DNA of 64,000 nucleotides from Candidatus Poribacteria bacterium (GTDB lineage Bacteria; Poribacteria; WGA-4E; WGA-3G): NCBI GenBank assembly GCA_965205025.1, contig CBDBFU010000030.1, positions 9,338 to 73,337 of the forward strand, read 5' to 3'. Shown piece by piece: positions 20,963 to 30,276 of this stretch (position 1 is its first letter; each line of letters starts with the position of its first letter). The notes under the pieces were generated by a model. It saw only the letters and a program-made list of their open reading frames with translations, ran no database searches and was not told where the DNA came from. The position numbers and the translations under genes were made by a program.

Positions 20963-21631
20963 ATGGGTAAATACATAAAACATATCATTGATTTGGAAGG
21001 ATTACCAGACTACAAGTATATTCAATTTCTACGAGTAGAGATTCTTAATATTCAAGGATTTAATTCATCCTTCTTTGGAAGAGTGAGATATGCTCGTAAC
21101 GGTATTGAACAAGATGAAGGTTTACCGATGGACCTCAGTAAAGGAATTTTCATTGCTACACTGAGAGATGACCAACTCAATGGAATCCCGCGTGATGAAT
21201 TAGAAAAGACACTACAAGATGCCGCAGACGATATTACTAAAATCGTTCGATATAACTTACCTTTGGACAACCTCTATCACAACCACAATCACTGGGATGA
21301 GAACGAGAAACAGGTTGGTAAAGATATAGATAAAAAAACAATAGAGATTCTCAATAAGATACTTACAGAATATCCATATCTTACTTATGATGAGGATCAT
21401 TCTGAACCTCCAGATATATTACGGTGTCGTGTAAAAAATGACTCTACTGATTCTCCTCGTCATGCCAATGACATCTTCCAAATTGTAGAGAAGTTAAAAA
21501 CAGAAACAGGACAACCCTATAGTATTGGAACCTACGGTGGATCATTTAATGGAGATGACGATTTAGATAAAGTATGGACCAGGTTTTCTCTAAGAAAATT
21601 CAATTTTGAAGATAAAGCAAAAAACAATTAA
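20963..21631 (+). CDS. Hypothetical protein; candidate antitoxin/immunity partner of the ART
   Basis: 222-aa ORF with GGAG RBS, 23 nt after the ART stop; no recognisable motif. Confidence 0.6.
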   Translation: MGKYIKHIIDLEGLPDYKYIQFLRVEILNIQGFNSSFFGRVRYARNGIEQDEGLPMDLSKGIFIATLRDDQLNGIPRDELEKTLQDAADDITKIVRYNLPLDNLYHNHNHWDENEKQVGKDIDKKTIEILNKILTEYPYLTYDEDHSEPPDILRCRVKNDSTDSPRHANDIFQIVEKLKTETGQPYSIGTYGGSFNGDDDLDKVWTRFSLRKFNFEDKAKNN

Positions 21632-21645
21632 AGGATATATCTGGA

Positions 21646-22527
21646 ATGCGATGGATCTGTAACACGATATCTATATTCCTGATTCTTGCATGCGGAGGAA
21701 TTACGACTGCTGAATTAAGTCCATCCGCTAAAAAAACACTCGCCACTATCGAATGGATCAGTATTCCTGCAGGTGAATTCGTTATGGGATCAACACCAGA
21801 GGAAGCAGAAGCCGCATATACTGATGCTAAATTAAGAAGTTCTCTCCTCGAAAGACATACCTTTGATGCTGAAGTTCCACGCCATACCGTCTATTTGTCA
21901 ACATATCACATCTCAAAATACGAAATAACAAACGCACAATACCGCGCCTTCATAGAGGCAACAGCACGACCAACTCCCCGTGGACATGAAGGTGAAAAGA
22001 CATGGAAAGATGATAAATTCAATGCAGATCAACAACCGGTTGTCGGTGTTACATGGTTCGACGCACAAGCCTTTGCAGAATGGATTGGTGCAAGTTTACC
22101 AACAGAGGCACAATGGGAACGCGCAGCGCGAGGGACAGAAAGACGGATATACCCCTGGGGGAATGATACCCCTAAAGCGCGACACCATGCAAATTTTGCA
22201 CGTCGTTTTAACCAACCAACTCCAGTTGGTCAATTCCCAAACGGTACATCCTCAAACGGTATATATGATCTTGCTGGAAACGTTTGGGAATGGTGTCTTG
22301 ATGAATATAACCCCACTTTCTACAAACTGAATGAGAAGGATGGTAAGAAAGATCCATTGAATCTCCGTTTTCGTGATGTTTTACGCGCGAGAGTAATTCG
22401 TGGAGGGGCATGGGATGTAGGTAGTGCGTTCCTACGGTCAGGTTTGCGGTTTAAATTCTATCCTCTCGACTCAACACATACGATTGGATTTCGCGTCGTC
22501 CGTCCAAGTCCAAAAATCAAAAAGTAA
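21646..22527 (+). CDS. Formylglycine-generating enzyme (SUMF1) domain protein, secreted
   Basis: F.MGS, P.HTV, YEITNAQY, PVVGVTWFDA, LPTEAQWE, GNVWEW, RGGAW, GFRV. Confidence 0.9.
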   Translation: MRWICNTISIFLILACGGITTAELSPSAKKTLATIEWISIPAGEFVMGSTPEEAEAAYTDAKLRSSLLERHTFDAEVPRHTVYLSTYHISKYEITNAQYRAFIEATARPTPRGHEGEKTWKDDKFNADQQPVVGVTWFDAQAFAEWIGASLPTEAQWERAARGTERRIYPWGNDTPKARHHANFARRFNQPTPVGQFPNGTSSNGIYDLAGNVWEWCLDEYNPTFYKLNEKDGKKDPLNLRFRDVLRARVIRGGAWDVGSAFLRSGLRFKFYPLDSTHTIGFRVVRPSPKIKK

Positions 22528-22559
22528 TCTTCCAACCTTAATATCATACCTATACAGAC

Positions 22560-24200
22560 TTGATGATACAAAAAACATATAACTTTTTCCTTATCCTTTT
22601 TCTTATTATATTCCCGCTAACAGTCTCTGCCGATCTGTATTTTCTGGACGTTACCAAGGAGATGAATCTTGATTTCCATCATATAAATGGCTTTTCAGAT
22701 GAACGTCGTCTTGTTGAAACAATGGGGAGTGGTGGTGCACTTTTTGATTATGACAATGATGAAGACCTGGACCTATACCTTGTCCAAGGCAATTCACTAT
22801 CCTCTTCATTAGACAAAAACACTGAACCTAAGAACAGACTATATAGAAATGATAATGGAGTATTTGTTGATATCACAACCACGGCAAAAGTAGGTGATAC
22901 AGGATATGGTCTTGGTGCTGTTGCTGCCGATTATGATGGAGACGGTTATAGAGATTTATATGTGACAAATTTGGGAAGAAACATACTCTACAAGAATAAT
23001 GGAAACAACACTTTTTCTGATGTTACTGAACACGCAGGAGTAGGATGTCCTTTACTAAGTGCCAGTGCTGCTTTTGCAGATATAGATAGGGACGGTGATC
23101 TTGATCTATACGTTTGTAACTATGTTGAATATTCCTTAGAAACAGATATACCGTGTTTTTACAAAAACGAATTGCGGATATATTGCGGTCCAAATGAATA
23201 CCAAGGTATCGCTGATGTACTTTATCGTAATAACGGAGATGGCACATTTACTGACATTACAAAATCCGCTGGAGTATTTGAATCAACAACCCGTGGACTT
23301 GGTGTTGTGTGCACAGATGTTAATAACGATGGCTGGATAGATATTTACGTGGCAAACGATATGTCACCAAATACACTTTTTATTAATCAGAAGGATGGAA
23401 CATTTAATGAAGAGGGTATCCAAAGAGGGGTTGCATTCAACGGTGATGGAATTGCCAACGGGTCTATGGGAATTGACGCAGGAGACTATGATAATGACGG
23501 GGACATTGACTTATGGGTAACGAATTTCTCATTGGAAGCGAACTGCTTGATGCAGAACGATGGAACTGGATATTTCGATGATGTAACCTTTGATACAAAA
23601 CTGGCTAATCCATCTTTCTATGCACTTGGATTTGGAACACGGTTTATAGATTTTGATAATGACGGTTGGCTTGATATACTTGTTGGGAACGGACACATTT
23701 GGGATAACGTAGACCAAATTGACAACAAACTCAGTTATGCACAACCTGTGCAGTTGTTTCACAATCAAAATGGCTTATTTACTGAGATAACCGAAAAAGC
23801 AGGATTAAATCAAGCCGCCTATGTCGTACGTGGTATGCTATATGGTGATATCGATAACGATGGGGATACGGATGTAATTCTCTGCCAATCAAATCGTCCA
23901 ACTGTTATCCTCAGGAATGAAATTGGTCATAAGAATTCATGGTTATCAGTAAAGTTGGTTGGTTCTGATGGAAATATTGATGCAATTGGATCTCAAGTCA
24001 AGTTAAAAGTAGGGGATCAGAATATCCTTCGTGAGGTAATTTGTGGGGCAAGTTATCTTTCTGGTAACGATCCACGACTCTCATTCGGATTGGATAATAA
24101 CGAAAGCGTAGACAATCTTGAAATCCGTTGGTCCAACGGTAAAGTCGAGTACTTTGGAATGTTCTCATCCCATCAATTAATTACTCTTCGACAACGTTGA
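22560..24200 (+). CDS. CRTAC1 family FG-GAP/ASPIC-UnbV protein
   Basis: Repeated DYDNDGDxDL motifs; C-terminal SYLS...FGL ASPIC/UnbV pattern. Confidence 0.9.
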   Translation: MMIQKTYNFFLILFLIIFPLTVSADLYFLDVTKEMNLDFHHINGFSDERRLVETMGSGGALFDYDNDEDLDLYLVQGNSLSSSLDKNTEPKNRLYRNDNGVFVDITTTAKVGDTGYGLGAVAADYDGDGYRDLYVTNLGRNILYKNNGNNTFSDVTEHAGVGCPLLSASAAFADIDRDGDLDLYVCNYVEYSLETDIPCFYKNELRIYCGPNEYQGIADVLYRNNGDGTFTDITKSAGVFESTTRGLGVVCTDVNNDGWIDIYVANDMSPNTLFINQKDGTFNEEGIQRGVAFNGDGIANGSMGIDAGDYDNDGDIDLWVTNFSLEANCLMQNDGTGYFDDVTFDTKLANPSFYALGFGTRFIDFDNDGWLDILVGNGHIWDNVDQIDNKLSYAQPVQLFHNQNGLFTEITEKAGLNQAAYVVRGMLYGDIDNDGDTDVILCQSNRPTVILRNEIGHKNSWLSVKLVGSDGNIDAIGSQVKLKVGDQNILREVICGASYLSGNDPRLSFGLDNNESVDNLEIRWSNGKVEYFGMFSSHQLITLRQR

Positions 24201-24216
24201 CACTATATTACCTACA

Positions 24217-24885
24217 GGGGGTGTAAAGTTTTTGTCACTTGAAGAGCTTAACTTTGGGGTTGTAAAACTGTAGAAAAATGGTATCCTATCTAAATATTAT
24301 CTATATTAAAAAAGAGAGGATACCGAGGTTTAGTTTATCATTAGAAGGTTGTGAAGTCAAAGAAATTGCAGAAGCTGCGAAAGTACTGGTTGAAGAAATG
24401 AACGATTTAATAGGAAACCTAAAACCGGGTTCTTGTGATTTGATGGAAGCGGAGCAGCGTGTATATGAAGGTGTTCAATCCATTGCACAAAAGTTGTAGA
24501 GATGTTTGTGTATCAACAGGCCTCTACCAAGGAGTCGGAACCTGTTGCGTGTCCAGAGTGTGATCAACCCTCTCATCGTTGGCGTAGAAGAGAACTACAG
24601 ATTACGACGCTCTGTGGTGTCATCTGTGTTCGTCGTTGGGTGTATTGTTGTGCGTCGAAACATTACCATCAACCGTGGGATATGAGACAGAAGTTGCGAG
24701 ATAAATACACGCATCGTGTTGCTGAAACAATGTGTCGTTTGTCTGCGCGACATACCTTTCGTGAGGTGGCTGATGAGTAATCTCGTCAAGGGATAAAAGT
24801 GAGCCACACGACCTTGAATAAGAAAGTGCGTGAATGGACAAAAGATTTGCGTGCACACGAACACAACGTGGTTAGGATATGGAAT
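24217..24885 (+). pseudogene. Truncated IS transposase remnant (ISLre2/ISKra4-like)
   Basis: Left-end-like GGGGGTGTAAAGTTTTTGTCAC; one frame with internal TAG (24497) and TAA (24778); CPEC...ITTLCG.I.VRR.VY.C zinc finger and 'FREVA..GIKVSHTT' HTH; no DDE domain. Confidence 0.7.
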
Positions 24886-24887
24886 AC

Positions 24888-24916
24888 TTGACTAACAACA
24901 AGGCATCTGTTAAAAT
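24888..24916 (+). promoter_or_regulatory. Sigma70-type promoter of the acyl-CoA ligase gene
   Basis: TTGACT-17bp-TAAAAT with extended -10 TG. Confidence 0.6.
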
Positions 24917-24940
24917 GCGGTAATAGGAGGGGAATTGTAT

Positions 24941-26713
24941 ATGACACTAATATCTATGTTTGACCTGTCAGTTCAGCAGTTTGGAGACAAACCCGCATTA
25001 GCACATAAGCCAAAAGGTGGCACTTATCAGGACATAACTTATACGGAATTCGGTAATTCTGTTGATGCTTTCAGTAGAGGATTAAATACCTTAGGAGTAG
25101 AAAAAGAGGATAGAATAGCAATCTTATCTGAGAATAGACCGGAATGGGCAATATCTGACTTTGGAATTCTCAAAGCGGGTGGAATCAATGTGCCGATGTT
25201 TTCAACATTAACCGCCGCACAAGTTGGCTATATACTTAACGACTCAGGTGCTAAATTAATCTGTGTATCCACTCAAAACCAGTTGGATAAAGTTCTTGAG
25301 ATTCGGGATGGTGTAGAGACTCTTAAACAGATAATCATATATGATTCAAGTGAAGAGGAATTACCTGAAGGTGTAATAGAATTTAATGAAGTATGTGAAC
25401 ATGGAAAAGAAGTTGATGAATTGAATATAGATGTGAATGAAGAAGACATAGCTACAATTATCTATACCTCTGGGACGACTGGTTACCCAAAAGGTGTGAT
25501 GCTTACACACATAAATTTCTTATCGAATTATAACGCCTGTAAAAGCCTTATTGATGTCAGTGATTCTGATGTATTGTTATCTTTCCTACCGTTATCACAC
25601 GTTTTTGAACGGCTTGGTGGCCATTATGTACCGATATTCTCTGGTGCGAAAATTGCGTATGCAGAAAGTACGTTTACAGTCGCACAAAATATGCAGGATG
25701 TATCTCCAACCGTAATGCTTAGTGTACCTCGCTTATATGAAACGATGCATGATAGAGTGTTACGAGCGGTAGAAGCCGGATCACCCCTGAAACAGAAGAT
25801 TTTCCAGTGGGGAGTATCGGTTGGCTCTACTGTGAGTTCAGCAATTCAGCAAGGAAAGAAACCATCTGTAATGCTACAATTGAAACAGAGTATTGCGGAT
25901 AAATTGGTGTTCGCAAAGTTAAAAACTGCTACGGGGGGTAGACTAAGGTTTTTTGTTTCTGGTGGTGCCGCATTACCGCAGTCAATTGCTGAGTTTTTCC
26001 ATGCAGCAGGAATCCTGATTTTAGAAGGATATGGTTTAACGGAAACATCACCTGTGATTAGTATGAATTATCCAGATAAGTGGAAATTCGGTACTGTCGG
26101 AGCACCCGTTCCTGGGATAGAAGTTCACATTGCTGAAGACGGTGAGATATTAACACGTGGCCCCCATGTGATGAAGGGATATTTCAACAATGAACAAGCC
26201 ACGACTGAGGTCATTGATCAGGATGGATGGTTTTATACTGGGGACATCGGTATGATTGATGAAGGGGGTTTTATTAAAATTACTGATAGAAAGAAAAACA
26301 TCATCGTACTATCCAACGGTAAGAATGTTGCACCACAACCATTAGAAAGTCAGTTGGTCCAAAGTCCATATATTGATCAGATAATGTTGGTCGGTAATGA
26401 ACGGAAGAATGTCGCTGCCTTGATTGTCCCGAATTTCGATGCAGTAAAGACTTGGGCAGGTGAGAATGGTGTTGATACATCTGATATTCCAGAAATGCTC
26501 AAGACACGTGAGGTACAGCAACTTATTCAACAAGAAATACGTGATCGTTTATCAGATTTCGCTGACTTTGAACAGGTTAGACGGTTTGTTCTGCTTGAAA
26601 AAGAATTCTCACAGGAAGAAGATGAGATGACACCAACATTGAAGTTAAAACGGAATATTATTATGGAGAAGTATAGAAATGTTATAGAGGGAATGTATCC
26701 AGAGGAAGCGTAA
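24941..26713 (+). CDS. fadD: Long-chain fatty acid-CoA ligase
   Basis: YTSGTTGYPKG, FLPLSHVFER, GYGLTE, TGDIG, TPTLKLKR. Confidence 0.9.
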   Translation: MTLISMFDLSVQQFGDKPALAHKPKGGTYQDITYTEFGNSVDAFSRGLNTLGVEKEDRIAILSENRPEWAISDFGILKAGGINVPMFSTLTAAQVGYILNDSGAKLICVSTQNQLDKVLEIRDGVETLKQIIIYDSSEEELPEGVIEFNEVCEHGKEVDELNIDVNEEDIATIIYTSGTTGYPKGVMLTHINFLSNYNACKSLIDVSDSDVLLSFLPLSHVFERLGGHYVPIFSGAKIAYAESTFTVAQNMQDVSPTVMLSVPRLYETMHDRVLRAVEAGSPLKQKIFQWGVSVGSTVSSAIQQGKKPSVMLQLKQSIADKLVFAKLKTATGGRLRFFVSGGAALPQSIAEFFHAAGILILEGYGLTETSPVISMNYPDKWKFGTVGAPVPGIEVHIAEDGEILTRGPHVMKGYFNNEQATTEVIDQDGWFYTGDIGMIDEGGFIKITDRKKNIIVLSNGKNVAPQPLESQLVQSPYIDQIMLVGNERKNVAALIVPNFDAVKTWAGENGVDTSDIPEMLKTREVQQLIQQEIRDRLSDFADFEQVRRFVLLEKEFSQEEDEMTPTLKLKRNIIMEKYRNVIEGMYPEEA

Positions 26714-26986
26714 GATCTTAATTCAACAATCGTATTTTGAAATTATCGTCATCTGTGAGTTGCAATGAATACTGACACATCGCCAAACCTGCTAATCCGA
26801 CAAACGTGCCAGTATATTTTTTGTTTCTCTGGAGATATAAATGCGTGTAAAATTTACATGCGATATTTATGGATACTACATACTCCTATGATAAAGTATC
26901 AAGGTTTTCCATGATAAAGCAGGATTCTTTGCTAAGCACGTGGTAAAGGTGTTGATTGTATCTAATACCAAGAAGTAGACAATCCA

Positions 26987-28000
26987 TTAGTTGGATTCCC
27001 ACAAGTAGTTTATGTTGAATTTTGCTGTGCCTTCAATACCAGTTATTCCACTCATTTGAATTCTTAGGTCTAAGAGTTCTGCTGACTCCGTTGGATAGAA
27101 AAACTGAATCCCTCTTTCGTTCTCAGGGGTGGTGAAATATGCAAAACCTGTTATGTCAGCATCGGTTAGTAGGGATCCATTTATGGTAACCGTTACCTGA
27201 CTTTCACTCAGTTTTGTGGGTGTACCGAGAATTGTTCCCTTTGGATAGTATACCCAGATTATCCATCCGTGTCCATCGTTAGGTTCGGTGTCACGATTTG
27301 GATTGGGATCACGATTTGGGTTAGGGTCACGATTTGGATTGGGATCACGATTTGGGTTAGGGTCACCAGTTGGATTAGGGTTACGATTTGGGTTAGGGTC
27401 ACCAGTTGGATTGGGATCACGATTTGGATTGTCGTTGTCGTCCGGACCATCTCCATTTGGTCTACCATCTCCGTTTGGTCTGTTATTACTTCCTGGGTTG
27501 TTTTCATCGTCCGAACCATCACCATCACCATCGTCCGAACCATCTCCATGATCGCCATCACCATCGTCCGAACCATCTCCATGATCGCCATCACCATCAT
27601 CCCCTATGTCAGGTATCCATTTATCCCTAATATCTGTTGTATCTCCTACTCTTTCCACTTCCGCAATAGTTCTGCCTTCATGATAGAACACATAGAGGAG
27701 TTTTTCTGGATAGATGTGGATGATTGGTCCATTTGCGTCTACTCCAACACCTGTTAGTGGGATAAGATTTCGGCAAGTGGAATCCCAGTCGTTGTAAATG
27801 CATAATGCACCTCCTGTGGTTGTAATTAAATACTCATCTATATCGTCAGGTGTTAACATCGGGTTTATGTATGTAGTGATTGATCCTGTGGGAGTAGGGT
27901 CTGAACAACCTACTATATTGAAAAGGATGAACAGCATACAAGTGATTAATCCGAATGGTAACAGAGCGGTCTTCGTCATTGTTTTATACCTCGCACTCAT
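26987..28000 (-). CDS. Lipoprotein with Asp/Gly and NPNRDP tandem repeats
   Basis: Lipobox IVGC; DGDGDHGDGSD and NPNRDP repeats; N-domain paralogous to the upstream gene. Confidence 0.75.
   Translation of the reverse strand: MSARYKTMTKTALLPFGLITCMLFILFNIVGCSDPTPTGSITTYINPMLTPDDIDEYLITTTGGALCIYNDWDSTCRNLIPLTGVGVDANGPIIHIYPEKLLYVFYHEGRTIAEVERVGDTTDIRDKWIPDIGDDGDGDHGDGSDDGDGDHGDGSDDGDGDGSDDENNPGSNNRPNGDGRPNGDGPDDNDNPNRDPNPTGDPNPNRNPNPTGDPNPNRDPNPNRDPNPNRDPNPNRDTEPNDGHGWIIWVYYPKGTILGTPTKLSESQVTVTINGSLLTDADITGFAYFTTPENERGIQFFYPTESAELLDLRIQMSGITGIEGTAKFNINYLWESN
27290..27600 (-). repeat. Intragenic tandem repeats (18-bp and 33-bp units)
   Basis: tcacgatttggattggga/tcacgatttgggttaggg units and tcgtccgaaccatctccatgatcgccatcacca units. 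Confidence 0.85.
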
Positions 28001-28017
28001 TGTTTTCGCGGCGGTTA

Positions 28018-28728
28018 CTATTTTATCAGGAGGATATTAGTGTTCTGATCAGATGTTGTACTATTTGCACTGATGTGGAATGTTGCTGTCTTATTGGGAA
28101 TTGCGCCTATGAGTTGTATTGTAATCTCCGCAGCCTTTGTTTCAACAGCGAATTGGACACCATCTTCAAGCTGTGTTTCGTTGCGTATCTCAAGGTCATC
28201 TGCTCTGTTCCTACCAATGCTTAATCCTTCTACAACTCTGGCATTCATTGGGGCAGTGGAGTATATCTTTATAGTCCAGCCTACAGGTATAGATGTTGTA
28301 TCACGGTCATTTAGATTATTACCGTTTGCAGGTAAATTAACCCTGCCTGCGTCTTCTAATTCACGGACAAGTGCATCTGTGTTCATGGATCGTCTTGCGC
28401 GTAAAATAGGTTTCCCTTGATATTCGAACACAAAAGCGACGTTTGTCGGATGAACGTGGACAGTTGGGGTAAAGCCTATGTCTGTCAAATCGACTTCAAT
28501 GTTTTCTGGGAATAATTTTACGCAAACAGTATCAAACCCATCTTGAAGACAGATTGTATCTTGTTTAATTGTGTCAAGATAACTATCTACACTGTCAACG
28601 GAGAGGATCGGACCTGTATAAGGTATTTCGGAACACCCTATTACGCTCATAAGCATAATTAGAGTGCAACCGATTAAACTAAAGGTTAAACTTCCATTTT
28701 TCTTGATTATATCGAATCGCGTTTTCAT
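28018..28728 (-). CDS. Lipoprotein, paralogue of the downstream repeat lipoprotein
   Basis: Lipobox VIGC; shared C-x8-C and P..H..P....VF...G..I motifs. Confidence 0.75.
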   Translation of the reverse strand: MKTRFDIIKKNGSLTFSLIGCTLIMLMSVIGCSEIPYTGPILSVDSVDSYLDTIKQDTICLQDGFDTVCVKLFPENIEVDLTDIGFTPTVHVHPTNVAFVFEYQGKPILRARRSMNTDALVRELEDAGRVNLPANGNNLNDRDTTSIPVGWTIKIYSTAPMNARVVEGLSIGRNRADDLEIRNETQLEDGVQFAVETKAAEITIQLIGAIPNKTATFHISANSTTSDQNTNILLIK

Positions 28729-29325
28729 TGTTCCTCCGTTCGATTAATGGTCTGTCTGTTTGTGGCATTAAAATTCGTGAACACGCATATTTTCACACGC
28801 TAAATGTTCAGAAATGTTATCAATGTAACCGACTCTGTGAAGAAGTGAAATACTCATTTATACAGGGAAAATGGTAACTAACATAGCATTTGTGAGAACA
28901 TACCTGGCACCGATTTCGTCTGTTGATTCGGTTCTTTTTATCAGCACTATCGCGCACCTATGAACGTGAGTAATCATCTTTTGTTACAATGCCCCGTTGA
29001 GATTTTAACGACGCTTGCGAATAATAGGTTTCACAGGAGAATCTGTAGAGACTTACTTTAAATCACATTCCTTTCTGTAGTAGTATCAGTTTTGAATACA
29101 TTTGCTTTGTTCATTTCTGTTACTTTCCATGTTAAAACAAAAAAACACGTAAGGTCAATGTGCTATCCTTACGCGCCTCTATGTTTCACAAAGTTTGTAG
29201 TTTGTCAGAGTGACTCACAATGCTATCAACGATTTCAACCTTGTAATCACCTATAACTACACCTCATCTCAACATACTCATAGATTTCATTATGATAACA
29301 ATAGCTTAAATATAAAGGATTTTAT

Positions 29326-30222
29326 TTAAGAAGGAACAAGAATCGTGAGTCCATGTTTGATAATCTCAATAGTGGCAGGAGTCTTACACATAGGTTCACC
29401 ATCCGCATAGATCATTATCGGTGGATCGGTCTCAATCTTCATACTTCGTGTTTGCTGTATATCAACTGCAGGATGATTTACGTGTCCACCCCAGAAGAGC
29501 GTAGCCATAAGTCGGAGTACAGTGAATTTCGAAACAGGACGAATCACACAGACATCAAATAATCCATCATCATGCACTGCATTTGGAACAATCTGAAATC
29601 CTCCCCCATAGCTTTTCGTGCTGCCAGTTGCTGCAAGCAAGAGTGGACCTTCATACCTACCAAAATCTGCTTCAATTCGGACAAATGGATATTCATAGTA
29701 AAACAATGTTACAATTGCCGCATAAATATAAGAAGCAGTCCCTGAAAATGGCGTTGAACGTTCTGATCCACGTCTGCTTACCTCTGTGTCATAACCACAT
29801 GTTGCGATTGTAGAGAAATAGTGTTCACTACCCTCATTAGAACGGACATAACCTAAGTCAATACTCTTCTTTTTTCCTCTGAATAAGGTATCAATTGCTT
29901 GTTCTGGTTTTCGAGGTATACCGACAGCTGTAGCTAAATCATTCCCACGACCGGATGGAATTAAACCCAAAGTGACCTCTGGGGTATTTGCAATACCATT
30001 GATCGCTTCGTGAAGTGTTCCGTCCCCACCACAGACGATTACCCACTTTATTCCGTTTGAGACTGCTTCCTGAGCAAACTGTCTCGCATCTCCAGATCCT
30101 GTTGTAAGTCTAATCTCACCTTTAAACTCTTTTTTTGTTAGGACAGCATGTGCTTGTTCCGCAACAGTTTTTGCTTTACCTTTCCCGGATATAGGATTTG
30201 CAATGAGAATAAAATCGTCCAT
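29326..30222 (-). CDS. Diacylglycerol kinase family (YegS/BmrU) lipid kinase
   Basis: NPISG, GGDGT, P.GRGND, YGGG, DGE motifs. Confidence 0.92.
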   Translation of the reverse strand: MDDFILIANPISGKGKAKTVAEQAHAVLTKKEFKGEIRLTTGSGDARQFAQEAVSNGIKWVIVCGGDGTLHEAINGIANTPEVTLGLIPSGRGNDLATAVGIPRKPEQAIDTLFRGKKKSIDLGYVRSNEGSEHYFSTIATCGYDTEVSRRGSERSTPFSGTASYIYAAIVTLFYYEYPFVRIEADFGRYEGPLLLAATGSTKSYGGGFQIVPNAVHDDGLFDVCVIRPVSKFTVLRLMATLFWGGHVNHPAVDIQQTRSMKIETDPPIMIYADGEPMCKTPATIEIIKHGLTILVPS

Positions 30223-30276
30223 AATTTGTTATAGTCTATGGAAGGTTATTGAAAATGCCTTTCTTGAAACATGAGA

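Noticed and set aside
24278-24885. Stop-codon recoding (in-frame TAG/TAA in the IS ORF, and TAA in the MNT and nuclease fragments)
   Set aside because: The stops are of mixed type and occur only in truncated mobile or defence remnants, while normal genes use all three stops. This is ordinary pseudogenisation.
27259-27757. Several overlapping repeat-rich ORFs in other frames
   Set aside because: Shadow ORFs created by the stop-free tandem repeats of the lipoprotein gene.
28730-29320. Riboswitch in the long leader of the lipoprotein pair
   Set aside because: I could not recognise any known aptamer consensus (c-di-GMP, TPP, cobalamin, SAM) by eye. An Rfam scan is needed.
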